Part shown: positions 1 through 12,300 of the stretch, in pieces
How positions within the stretch are numbered: position 1 is the stretch's first letter
Layout of the letters: every line of letters starts with the position of its first letter
DNA from: Paragordius varius
Lineage: Eukaryota; Animalia; Nematomorpha
Direction of reading: 5' to 3'
Assembly (NCBI GenBank): GCA_964247055.1
Contig: OZ176050.1
Coordinates: 2,976,001 to 3,040,000, forward strand
Length of the DNA stretch: 64,000 nt
Program-made: the position numbers and the translations under genes
Notes under the pieces: model-generated
Databases searched by the model: none
What the model saw: the letters and a program-made list of their open reading frames with translations, nothing else
What the model was told of the DNA's origin: nothing

Positions 1-2966
1 ACAATCAAAAAATTATTTTTGTGGACTTTTTTGAAAAAAATGGCATTTTACGGGGGGAGCGGGTAAAAAGAGGGCTTAAATCAAAAAAGTGAGTCGACTA
101 TGTTCAGTGCGATCAAAAATAAGTAAACAAAAATCATATTTGAAATTGAATGGTCCAACACGTTCTTCAAAAAATTGACTTAACCCATTTTTCTCACGGG
201 GTGGGCCCAAACTGGGGACCTAATTCCAAAAAAGGGCGAAGCTATTGTCGGGGCATTCATTAATGATTAAATTTTTTCGATGTTTGGATTTGATTGGGTT
301 CACCGGTTTTCCGGAAACAGATCACAAAGTTATATGAAAAATCAGTTAGCGGGTAGCTCCTTACCCAGCAGCTATCATCAAATAAACGGTAGACTAAAAT
401 TTTTGCCTTCTAACAGGCAATACGTGGAATCTTTATTGAATTTTTACGGTCTCATACCTAGGGCGAAAAATCGATTTAGAAAATTATTTTTGTGGACTTT
501 GTTTTTTGAAAAAGGTGGCATTTTACGGGGGGAGCGGGTAAAAAGAGGGCCTAAATCAAAAAAGTGGCTCGACTATGTTCGGCGCAATCGAAAATAAGTA
601 AACAAAAATCATATTTGAAATTGAATGGTCCAACACGTTCTCCGGAAAATTGTCTCAAAGACACGATTTTTGTGGACTTGTGTTTTAAAAAAAAACCGTT
701 TTTCATACGGGGTGGGCCCGAACTGGGGGCCTATTTTAAAAAAAGGGCGAAGCTATTGTCGGGGCATTCATTAATGATTATATATTTTCGAAGCTTGGAT
801 TTGAATGGGTCTACCGGTTTTCCTGTACCAGATCACAAAGCCAGCATTTTCCATTTTTATAAATATATAGATTACCATAAATAATGTATTAATATCCATA
901 TATCTTTTAACATGCTATACATACGATAGATACTCCTTACTCAGCATCTATCATCAAAGAAACGCTTGACTAAAATTTTTGCCTTTTAACAGGCAATACG
1001 AAAAAACCTTCTCGAATTTTTAGAGTCTCATACCTTGGGCAAAAAAATACAATCAAAAAATTATTTTTGTGGACTTTTTTAATGGCATTTTACGGGGGGA
1101 GCGGTTAAAAAGAGGGCTTAAATCAAAAAAGTGAGTCGACTATGTTCAGTGCGATCAAAAATAAGTAAACAAAAATCATATTTGAAATTGAATGGTCCAA
1201 CACGTTCTTCAAAAAATTGACTTAACCCATTTTTCTCACGGGGTGGGCCCAAACTGGGGACCTAATTCCAAAAAAGGGCGAAGCTATTGTCGGGGCATTC
1301 ATTAATGATTAAATTTTTTCGATGTTTGGATTTGATTGGATTCACCGGTTTTCCGGAAACAGATCACAAAGTTATATGAAAAATCAGTTAGCGGGTAGCT
1401 CCTTACCCAGCAGCTATCATCAAATAAACGGTAGACTAAAATTTTTGCCTTCTAACAGGCAATACGTGGAATCTTTATTGAATTTTTACGGTCTCATACC
1501 TAGGGCGAAAAATCGATTTAGAAAATTATTTTTGTGGACTTTGTTTTTTGAAAAAGGTGGCATTTTACGGGGGGAGCGGGTAAAAAGAGGGCCTAAATCA
1601 AAAAAGTGGCTCGACTATGTTCGGCGCAATCGAAAATAAGTAAACAAAAATCATATTTGAAATTGAATGGTCCAACACGTTCTCCGGAAAATTGTCTCAA
1701 AGACACGATTTTTGTGGACTTGTGTTTTAAAAAAAAACCCGTTTTTCATACGGGGTGGGCCCGAACTGGGGGCCTATTTTAAAAAAAGGGCGAAGCTATT
1801 GTCGGGGCATTCATTAATGATTATATATTTTCGAAGTTTGGATTTGAATGGGTCTACCGGTTTTCATGTACCAGATCACAAAGCCAGCATTTTCCATTTT
1901 TATAAATATATAGATTACCATAAATGTATTAATATCCATATATCTTTTAACATGCTATACATATGATAGATACTCCTTACTCAGCATCTATCATCAAAGA
2001 AACGCTTGACTAAAATTTTTGCCATTTAACAGGCAATACGAAAAAACCTTCTCGAATTTTTAGAGTCTCATACCTTGGGCAAAAAAATACAATCAAAAAA
2101 TTATTTTTGTGGACTTTGTTTTTTTTGAAAAAAATGACATTTTACGGGGGTAGCGGGTAAAAAGAGGGCCTAAATCAAAAAAGTGACTCGACTATGTTCG
2201 GCGCAATCAAAAATAAGTAAACAAAAATCATATTTGAAATTGAATGGTCCAACACGTTCTTCAAAAAATTGACTTAACCCATTTTTCTCACGGGGTGGGC
2301 CCAAACTGGGGACCTAATTCCAAAAAAGGGCGGAGCTATTGTCGGGGCATTCATTAATGATTAAATTTTTTCGATGTTTGGATTTGATTGGGTTCACCGG
2401 TTTTCCGGAAACAGATCACAAAGTTATATGAAAAATCAGTTTTTAGCGGGTAGCTCCTTACCCAGCAGCTATCATCAAACAAACGGTAGACTAAATTTTT
2501 TGTCTTTTAACAGGGAATACGTGGAATTCATATTGAATTTTCACGGTCTCATACTTAGGGCGAAAAATCGATTTAGAAAATTATTTTTGTGGACTTTGTT
2601 TTTTGAAAAAGGTGGCATTTTACGGGGGGAGAGGGTAAAAAGAGGGCCTAAATCAAAAAAGTGGCTCGGCTATGTTCAGCGCAATCGAAAATAAGTACAA
2701 AAATCATATTTGAAATTGAATGGTCCAACACGTTCTCCGGAAAATTGTCTCAAAAACACGATTTTTGTGGACTTCTGTTTTAAAAAAAACCCGTTTTTCA
2801 TACGGGGTGGGCCCGAACAGGGGGCCTATTTGAAAAAAAGGGCGAAGCTATTGTCGGGGCATTCATTAATGATTATATTTTTTCGATATTTGGATTTGAT
2901 TGGGTCTACCGGTTTTCCTGTACCAGATCACAAAGCTAGCATTTTCCATTTTTATAAATATATAGA
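1..2966 (-). repeat. Tandem array (period ~1042-1052 bp) of two alternating related monomers (A ~470 bp, B ~570 bp) derived from the 5' part of a non-autonomous Helitron; runs off the window start
   Basis: Near-identical blocks recur at 280/1322/2374. The shared core (aattatttttgtggac...gggcattcattaatgatt...gatcacaaag) occurs twice per period. B monomers end in aaatatataga|t at 871, 1914 and 2966, the reverse complement of the a|tctatatatt 5' end of the elements at 36966 and 61290. Confidence 0.9.
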
Positions 2967-3280
2967 TTACTTGATTTATATTAAATCATTGATAAAAGAT
3001 TATTTAAACAAATGTTTAAATATTTATGACTTATTAAGAATAATTTATAAATAAAAAAAAAATAGCAAAAATTTTTATCAAAAATTACTGCAAATATCTA
3101 ATAAGTATATTTTTATTCAAATTGTTAAAACTAAAACCATTTACAGCTTTGTTTAGTCAATTCATATAATCGGTATTAAATCAAAAACATAAACACTTTA
3201 TATTTAAACCGACAAATTGATAAGGGAATTAGTGAATTATCCTGTAAACAAAACATTAAATATATTTAATAAAATATAAC

Positions 3281-5121
3281 CTGGTAGACTAGGCTCTTTA
3301 TAATTGTCATCAAAGGGGTTCATAGATGTTTTATTATCCTCCATTGGATAATCTATCATAAATCGTCATATTGTATAAAATTCAAATACACATTTGATAG
3401 TGATTTTGGTTTAGGGCATCATGAGATAATTAGGAAAGTTTTTCTCTTTTTGTATTGCTCAAGCAAAATTTGCCCGCATTTTATCAAATAACTTTTTTTA
3501 TAATAGTAAAACGCTTACAATCAATTTATTACAAAATATATAATAGAGTTTAAGAGGGAATTGTATATTTTTAATTTTGATCTTTAAATGCGGGTAAAAC
3601 CTGCTGTAATAAATCATGTAATCTCAATAAACGAAGGCCGAAATCGCGCGAAAAGAATTTCTATTATATGCTAGGAAATTTAAATAACTTATTTTCAATG
3701 CAAACTTTGCTTTAAGTTTACTTTTCAGCCATACTTTGTTGAAGCTTTCGTGTTTTGAATAATCGCGGTATATAACACCATTAATAAAAACATTTTTTCT
3801 ATATTCTTGTTAAAATTTAATATCAAGTAATTGATTAATAATTCGGTTTTTATTTAACTTGTGAAATTCAACAAATCACATACTCAGAATTCTGAGAAAA
3901 TAGAAATCAACATCGATATTTAGGGGGGTATATTAACGATTCTACTATGCTGTATACCATAAAATAGGCTTCAACACAATTTTGCAGAAATCGAAAAAGA
4001 AAAAGATGCATTTGAAAAATAACTTTTTTTGGTGTCATAGTTTGGTTTGTATTATAATATTATTACGGATGCAATCTTGACATTATAAGATTAATGTATT
4101 AAATTCGCCTACTTTAGAGGGCTCAATTTCGTATCAATAAAATATATTTAAAAATATATATAAATAAAAAAATTTGGTTTGAGGCTTTTTTAGCTTTTAT
4201 TTTTCCGGTGTGCAAAAGTGAAAAAATGTTATACTCGTGAGCCCTCAAACTAAAAGCACCATAAGTGACATATTTTTGGGCACTTATACCATTATATATA
4301 TATATATCATAATGTTTAATATTATAGAATATTTCCTTCTAATTAACATTGATTAAATATTATAACAACCTGATTCTGTTGGCTCTTTAAAATTATCACT
4401 AAATGGATTTGTAGAATACTGACATTCCATTGTAGTTGATTCTAAAAAATTACCATTGTAAAATCTTTTACCTCAAAATAAATCTATTTAGTTAACAATG
4501 GCATAATTTCACTCATTTTTATAAAGAATAAGTGCCGCAATATAATATCAACGTGAACATTACAATTGGGCTTATCCCTTCTCAAATATTATTTGTAATT
4601 TCCAAAATAGATATTATCCAATAATTTCTTTAATAATTTATAAACCATATCAAAGAGGCGTGATGGCAGAATAGTAGGGCGCCGGACTCTTACACTGCGT
4701 GCCAGACGCGATTTTTCAATCATCACTGTCAGCCCTGGGCAGGCAAGTGTTAAAGCCTTTACATGTCCGGATTAACGTCCTTACCCTTTAACAAAAAGGA
4801 AAAAAGAGACTCTAAACTGTATATTATTATTATGAACCATCTCAAAATGGGGTTAATTGACCGTAAATTTTCATATTAATAGAAGACTTTATTAAATTTC
4901 TCTGTTGTATCTGTATCTGCCTCAAAACATATCTCTAAAATTATTTAGCTATTTTGCTTTTGATATTATTAAAACAATATTTTGAATGGGTCAATGATAT
5001 TCATTGTATATTATAAGTAAAGGTAAATTAAATTACCAAAATTCTCAGCCTGTAAATCGTCATCAAATGGATTAGTAGATGATGGCAAGGTGTTTCTATT
5101 AATTGTATCACACATAAGCAT
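3281..5121 (-). CDS. Partial spliced gene encoding an NPF-repeat (EH-domain ligand-like) protein; exons 5121-5037, 4441-4370, 3352-3281
   Basis: The three exons have GT/AG ends and are all joined in phase 1. They translate to MLMCDTINRNTLPSSTNPFDDDLQAENF-ESTTMECQYSTNPFSDNFKEPTES-DYPMEDNKTSMNPFDDNYKEPSLP-G. The start and the 3' end are uncertain: either read-through to a stop at 3237 or splicing beyond the window. Confidence 0.65.
3365..4285. mobile_element. Degenerate long-TIR non-autonomous DNA element (family copy 1)
   Basis: Left arm gtgattttggtttagggc (~3400) and right arm gccctcaaactaaaagcaccataag (~4241) are inverted. Internal aataaacg...tatgctag and attctgag...atagaaat blocks are shared with the copies at 6.3, 13.4, 16.2 and 37.5 kb. 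Ends are approximate. Confidence 0.55.
4655..4790 (+). mobile_element. Possible tRNA-derived SINE relic
   Basis: A GC-rich island in AT-rich intron DNA. It has an A-box-like tggcagaatag, a tRNA-like ggcgccggactcttac, only a degenerate B-box (ttttcaatc), then gccctgggcaggcaagtgttaa, reminiscent of SINE body sequence. Only one copy is seen. Confidence 0.3.
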
Positions 5122-5685
5122 ATTGATAGAAGATTTTGAACTTTGCGATTAGAAGGAGTTTTCTATAAAGCTAGAGTTCCGGTCGAGACCAAGTATATAT
5201 GATTTTTTGCTTTATATAAAGTTAGGTATGGATATGTGATACTCAATTAGAGTAGATATTTGAAAGCATTATTGTTTTTATATAAATATTTTTGTGAGTG
5301 TTTAATTATTTTAGAGATTTTGTTAAATTATAATAATTGTTATAATAAAATGTTAAATAAGCTAACGGTTTAACAATCAATGTTATATTTTAACGTCATA
5401 ATAAACCCATCGTTTGTATGTATAGCGCAAAAAATCTAAATAATATACTAAGCAAATTGAGGTTTTTAATTTAAAATTAAACAAAATATTTTAAAAATAA
5501 GCCTGTTAATTTAAGTCATGTTGTAGAAATATACATAGAATCCTAAAATTTAAAAATCCTAGTTTATAAATTATTTGATGTTTAATGTTTAATATTAGTT
5601 TCAGCTATATACAGTAAATATTGAAATTATACAAACAAAACCAAAAAACATAACAAATTATTTTTAATATAACCATATTTTAAAC

Positions 5686-5970
5686 CAGGGGTGACCGACA
5701 TATATGACTGACCGCATTTTTAACTTTAAAAACCTGGCGGGCGGCATTCGAAACTATGGACCCTCATAATTAATTTATTAGATTTTAAACATAATATCTT
5801 AAGATACAAACACAATAGCACTTTTTCTAGTTTTTGTCAATTGAAATAGAATTTAGGAAAATTGTTATCGAATTCATTATATAGTAAGATTATTTTTTTA
5901 TAATTTATGGATTATCCAAATTTTTCGCTAGCTGCACATAAAGCTTCAGAGCGCGAGCTGGACACCCCTA
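5686..5970. mobile_element. hAT-like MITE
   Basis: Termini caggggtgaccgac ... gctggacaccccta are imperfectly inverted and resemble the elements at 9049, 13596 and 30084. No clean TSD. Confidence 0.5.
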
Positions 5971-6319
5971 CTTTATATAATTTTTCCCGGTATAGATTAA
6001 TTAATAACTTAAATATATGGTGTTTTACATTTTTATTACTTATGCAATTAAAAAATGAGTTATATTTAAAATAAAGTTTAAGTCTATTTTAGGTTTGTCC
6101 GTATGACTTTAATATTTATTCCATTGTATTACTAGTCTTCAGAAATACAAAATATTGAGTGCATGTCCTGTGAATTTTTAAGAAGAGTAAATAAAATGTT
6201 AATTAATACAATTTTTGGGAATAATGCAAATATTCATATATACTTCTCATGTTTTCTCCGATGGCAAGCTTTTCTCTGTTCATAATACTTGACTCTGCTA
6301 ATTAATGATAGGCTTCCAT

Positions 6320-7399
6320 TAGATAAAAAAATATCCTGATGATATATAAAATTCTGAAAAGAAAATATATAAGAATTATTATGGTGCTTTTGGTTTTGGC
6401 TGATTTAAAAAGTTATGTACATTTTTGTGGTAAGTGCTCATATCAATCTCATATAATATTTTTGGTGAATTTCAATGCTTCATTCCAAAAAATATCACAA
6501 AAATATATTAAAAACTACATATACAAAGCAAAACAATATTAAAATAGTTAATTTTAAAAATTTGTTTCGCAAGTCTTATTTTTTTCGCTCTCCTAAAATG
6601 AGATAGCCCTCTTAAAATAAACGCAAATAAGACTGGATTCACAGTAAAAATTTAAATATATGCTACATTTTGATATCAGCTAAAAATATTTTTAAAATAT
6701 ACATACTTTTTTGCGCGATTTCATTTTGAGACATGATGGAAACGGTTATAAACGCTTTAAGATATAAAAACACTGTCTATATAATTCGATGATGCCAAAC
6801 ATTTTTATCATCTCAGAATTTTTTAAAATATTCATTTGTCTTCGAATTTGCGTTAAATATAAATTGTGTTTTTTTTATAAAAATTCACTTAAAATTGAAA
6901 AGTAGAATTAAATCTGAAGCGATAGAAATGTTTAGCATCATCGAATCAATTGAAAAAGTATTTTTATAATATTTTAAAGCGTATACTATTTTACAATATA
7001 ATATGAACCTTTTAACAAAGTTTTGCTAAAAATTATATTTATAATAATTTATTTCGTTGATATCAAAATTTGTATTATTTTTATAGCGCATCTCGGCATT
7101 TTTGCGTTTTTTTAGAGAACTAGCTTCCTTTACAAGAGCAAAATTTGGATTTTTGGAGTCTCTAAAAGTAATATTTTAAAATGTTGTTTTGCTTTTTATA
7201 TGTAGTTATGATATATTTAATGATGTTTTTGGAAGGAAGCATTTAGCTCTGACCAAAATAATTTTTTATTTTACGATAAACTACAAAAGTGGTAATAACT
7301 TTTTTATATCACTCCAAGGGCCAAAACCAAAAGCACTGAAATCTTGATAAATTTTTTTTCAGAATATATATTTTATCAGTAAATTTTTTCCACGCAGTG
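6320..7399. mobile_element. Long-TIR non-autonomous DNA element (family copy 2)
   Basis: ~75 bp imperfect inverted arms, including tggtgcttttggttttggc (~6382) and gccaaaaccaaaagcac (~7320). The right terminus is ccacgcagtg. The left arm closely matches 16181-16260. Confidence 0.65.
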
Positions 7400-9048
7400 C
7401 ATATATTTATTAATATCGATCATAAATGAGTTATAATGTTGATCTTAACTATGTTGATTACTTATAGTTAATATATTTTATTTTTGCCCATTCCATTTAA
7501 AATAAATTGAAATTGGTTTAAACATTCAGGGCCATTTAAATAAGCATGAGCTAGTTTTTCGCGATTTTACGCCCGCTCATATGGCTATCTCTTAATATTG
7601 GGCCATCATCCTGTTGGCTCAAGAAAATTTCGAAATTTTATAAAAAGTAGAAAAAAATCTAGATTTTATGAACCGACATATTTACAAGGGAGGAATTAAA
7701 GCATGTTTGAAAGTAGTCAACACTAATGGCTTGATGGGCGGCATTTTTGAATCAAAAAACCGACGGACAGCATTTCAAACATATATGGATAATGGCATAT
7801 ATTTATCAGATTAACCGTAAAAACCTGAATAATATTAAGATGAGTACATTTTCGCTCAACGCAATATTTTTATTTTTACTCAATATTTTCAAAAAAAATA
7901 ATTATACAAAGTTATAGTTTTTATAGCCGTTTAACCGTATTTCCTATTAATATTGGGCAAGATAACATTCAAACTTATAGTATTGTAATTTTAACATACA
8001 AGGCACTAAAATAAATATTAAAACCATTAACAATTTTCCATATTCAAAATAATTTATATCGCTGTCCAAAAATTGAGTCCAAATTCGTTATGGTAATTAT
8101 TTATATTTTTCAGTGTATTTGGTATATATTAACGTAAAAATTAATTGACCCGTACGGCTTTTTACCTTTTAATCCACACTATTGGTATTTTTATGATTTT
8201 TTAAATTAATTATGAAATTATTGTTAATATGATATTTAATTTTGAACAGGGGCACGGTATTTTTTTTCCGCAAAATTTATATCTACCAATGAACATGTGA
8301 ATCAAATAACCTTTTAACCATTTATTAACTATATTGCCAACCAGTTAATAGTATTTTGATAAGTGTTAAAAGGCAATGAATACATTAAACTTTATAAAAA
8401 AAACCACAAAACCAAATTTTAAATCAGTCTCCAGCAATAAATCAGAAGAGATATATATATCTTATAATTTTCAAATAAATATTCTTATCTTGTATTACAT
8501 ATTCAGTTTAACGCAATCGCAACAATTTAAATATAAATTGAAATTATTTTTTACAAAAAGAAAAACTTTCTAGCATAAAATTTATGTGTCTTTATATCTT
8601 TTATGTGTTGTTATTCCGGATCTTTTTTTAATTTAAATATCCAAAAAATCTTGGATTTCCTTATAATTTATTACCATTTAAATATGCAAATAATTTTATT
8701 ATGGTAAATTTCTATACAAAATTACATTTTAAATGGAAAAGATAAATCACATTGGATTGACTGGTTTTGATTTTTTAAATTAATTTACAATTTCCATAAA
8801 TACTATTATGGATTCGAAATATACCATTTAAAACTATTTTTCTGGACATCAATAATAACCATAAATTAGAATGTAACGATCCTTATTTTTTTTAAAATGA
8901 TAATTCGTCTATAATTTTTTTAATATTACATTGTACGGATGACACTATTTTTTAGAACAAATTCTAATTTCTATATCTATTTTGATATAATGGATTAAAC
9001 TTTGAGAAGTTTTTAAACATTTATTTTATATATAATATTTGGGTTAAG

Positions 9049-9313
9049 CAAGGGTGTCCAACACAAATTGAATTCCCGGGCCGCGTTTGAAACATAGAGG
9101 GGCTAAAAAAAAATTGTGGGATATTAAACATAAAACTTCAAAATGCAAACGCAATTCAATTTTTCCCCAGATATTGCCAATCGGATATATTTATTGAAAA
9201 GGATGCGTAATAAATATAAATTCTAAGCTTTTGTGAACATATTTTTCCAAAGTTTCCAAACTTTAGGCGGGCCACATATAAAGTCTCGGAGGGCCATATG
9301 TTGGACACTCCTG
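9049..9313. mobile_element. hAT-like MITE
   Basis: TIRs caagggtgtccaac ... gttggacactcctg, with internal gggcc motifs. Flanks gggttaag and gtttaaag match only partly (5/8). Confidence 0.65.
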
Positions 9314-12300
9314 GTTTAAAGTATCATAGAAACTATGGATAAATCATAAGAAACAGCATTTTTTTCTATAAAATAAGGCTAAGGATTAGGACCCAAAATT
9401 ATTGTAGGCAATTGATGATAAAAAAATATTTACCATATATTTAAAATAAATTACATAATTTGATATTAGTTGAGTGCCTTATATGACTGTTTTTATATGA
9501 TGCGAATGCCTCAAAAACTTTAAATGCAAGCTAACAACTAAATTAATGCATTAAATAATATAAAAAATACTAATTCACCCTTTTTGATTAAAACTGATAA
9601 TTTCAGTTATTAATATATTATCTTATACGGCTTATATCACAATCGAACGAAAAAAATGTAAAAATTTGATCGGCAATTCTGTTGTTTCTTAATGATTCAT
9701 TGAACCGCTATGTGTGCGTATTGGACTGCATTTATATATTTGAAAATAGTATTAGTTGGTATAAAAGTATCCTGCAAAAAAGTATTTCCATTATTAATAT
9801 ATATAAAAAAAATCAGCCCAACGCCCATTTTAACGTTAAAAAGCTATTATTCATCAAGTTTTTTTAGGAGTAATTATTTACATTTTATTTTCTAATGTTG
9901 TTAATCAAATATATTAAAATATTAGCCTATTAACCAACTTTAACAGTTATATTAAATATTGTTTTAAAAAATAAAATATTAAATAATTTTTATTATCATA
10001 TTTTCCCAAAGTTTTGCATATATATTTAAAATATGTATATTTTAATGTAAAATATGAAATCCATTATTTATTAATATAATTTATTTTGATATGCAAATAA
10101 ATTTTATACATGGTAACCTTTAGATAGGATGTAAAGAACAAAATAAAAATGGATAAATCATTATAATAGCTGGCTTATTCAAACGATTTCCTAAATTTGG
10201 TTATAATATATATTCCTACAAACTCAACAAATATATAAGTTAAGCAGTTTTTTCCATCTCATTTTGTGGTGTTATATTTCATTATTATTATTTGAATTGT
10301 ATTGATTAAGTTTGAATTATCTTTCATGTATACTATGTTTCCATGGTTTATTTTATGTAAGATTCATGTAATTTGACAATTTGATTTTAATATGGTTATA
10401 TATTATTTAAATATTAATAGTATGGATATTTTAACGATTGATTATATCACAAAAACCAAAAACATGAATGTGCCGACAACCAAATTAAAATATTTATATT
10501 TCGGATTATTAACCGTTTCTTTCTTATGTTTTCCGAATACCTCATTTATCTCCTCATATATTTTATATAATTTGGCTTATATATTGGCCAATACTCACAA
10601 ATAAAAAAAGTTTTCTTCAAAGCTATTTGTTTTACAAAAACATGCAATAAAATAGCCCCGAAATTTCAAATACAGCACATTTTGTTAAAATATTAACATT
10701 GATTTAAACTTTTAAAGGTCCGAAAAAAAACCCATAAAAGTATTTTTAGAAGTGTAGTATGGTTTATATATCGTGATTGCAAAAGGCTTAAGGTTAAAAT
10801 ATTGAAATAAAACGTAGCCATTAAAACATTGCTAAGAAATTAATTTGTTCACTTTTATAGGATTTATAGGATTTTCGGATTTTTTTTATTTAATTTTTAT
10901 TATACATTGTGTTGCGACTTTAACCATACCAAAAAGAGATAATAAATAAATATTATTAATATGTTGCTAAAATCGTCCATAAAATAATTTTTTAATTAAA
11001 TTTTGTGCGCGCGGAATTTTAATTTACAGGGATAGAGATTATAAAAAGCTATAAATTTATTTAAAAACAGTCAGTCTATGTGATAAACTTTTTTTAAATC
11101 ATGATTTAAAAATATTAGAGATTGAAGGTTTAACAAAAAAACATTTAAATAACAACTTTTATACAGTAAGATGGACATATCGTCTGAAATTTGTCATGAC
11201 AATATAAAGGAAAATTTAAATGCAGACAAAATTTTAAACAAATGTATTTTAAAAAGAAAACCATACTTAATAACCTATTTTTATCATTTAAACTATTTTA
11301 TTTTCAATTTTAAATTATTTGATTGAGTTTGTTAGCAATTCACACCTCTATTCCCTATTTCGCAACCCGAAATGATAAGTTATGCTGAAAAAATGAAGGT
11401 ATAAACATGGTTCTTTTTCAAAAAAATATTTGTATCTCGGTAGCACTTTGTCTGGATAATTTTTTCTTTACTATAAAAGTAAATAGATATAGGTAAAATT
11501 TGAACATAAGTAAAAATTAAATGTTTAATAAATATAAAGGGCCCTAAATTTCAGTCAATATTTTAACAACGACGAGCCTATTACATAATATTTGGACATA
11601 TGTCAGGAAAAAGTTGTTATTCATTTAAATATACAATTTGTATAAACCTCTCCCCTCTGAAATTCTAAAATTATATTAATTTGATTAGTTTTATAATAGC
11701 GTGCTACGATTCAAACATTCAGGATTAAAAACCAGTTATTAACATTGTTTATAGTGGGCCCTTTATAACCTTAAAGTATTTAATAATATTTATGATTTGC
11801 TTATTTTAAGTGTAAATATCTGCAAATGTATCAAACAACTATGATTTTTTTCGGTATTATATGGTGCACGGCACTTGAGCCAAGATAAATATTTTTGCGT
11901 TTTAAATTTTTTTGGTGAGTATTACTAATTTATAAGTATCAAATATATTTGCATTTATAATGGTAACTAACTGGTGTCATGAATGATAAGCGGTTAACGT
12001 GGTTATTGTTAAAATTAAACAGTCTAAACAACTCAAAGTTAGAACTTAACTTCAACGCACAGCGATCAAAAGTGGACCTTTTAGAATTATATTTCTAAAA
12101 AATTAAGAAATCAGCCTTGGCAAAACTCAACATTAAAACTAAAAATCGCAATCTGACGAGAAATATTACTTACAATATTGCAAAAAATCGACCTCGACTG
12201 CAACAATACATCTCCATCCAACATTTTCACGTTACTCTTTTTTAGGAGAAACATATAAACTTGTATGAATTTAACACTAAGCTCATTTAAAAAAAGGAAA

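Noticed and set aside
191-2292. CGTGAGAA CSL-type sites in the A monomers (191, ~1233, ~2285)
   Set aside because: One chance match propagated by repeat amplification, ~40 kb from the CSL gene.
1-2966. CRISPR-like or prokaryotic repeat system
   Set aside because: The units are ~0.5 kb with no unique spacers, the context is intron-rich animal DNA, and there are no cas-like ORFs.
280-3054. Six ~100-115 aa ORFs in the tandem array
   Set aside because: They recur only because the DNA is repeated, lie in Helitron-derived non-coding sequence, differ by frameshifts between monomers, and show no recognisable domain.
6244-6297. Candidate 54 nt - strand exon (AESSIMNREKLAIGENMR) upstream of the NPF exons
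   Set aside because: It has AG/GT ends, but I found no phase-1 acceptor giving an open frame into the 5121-5037 exon (in-frame TAA upstream of SQSSK), so it cannot be attached on sequence alone.
10440-10600. - strand peptide IYEEINEVFGKHKK, reminiscent of a P450 or LINE segment
   Set aside because: Short, broken by stops and lacking flanking diagnostic motifs; at best a decayed relic.
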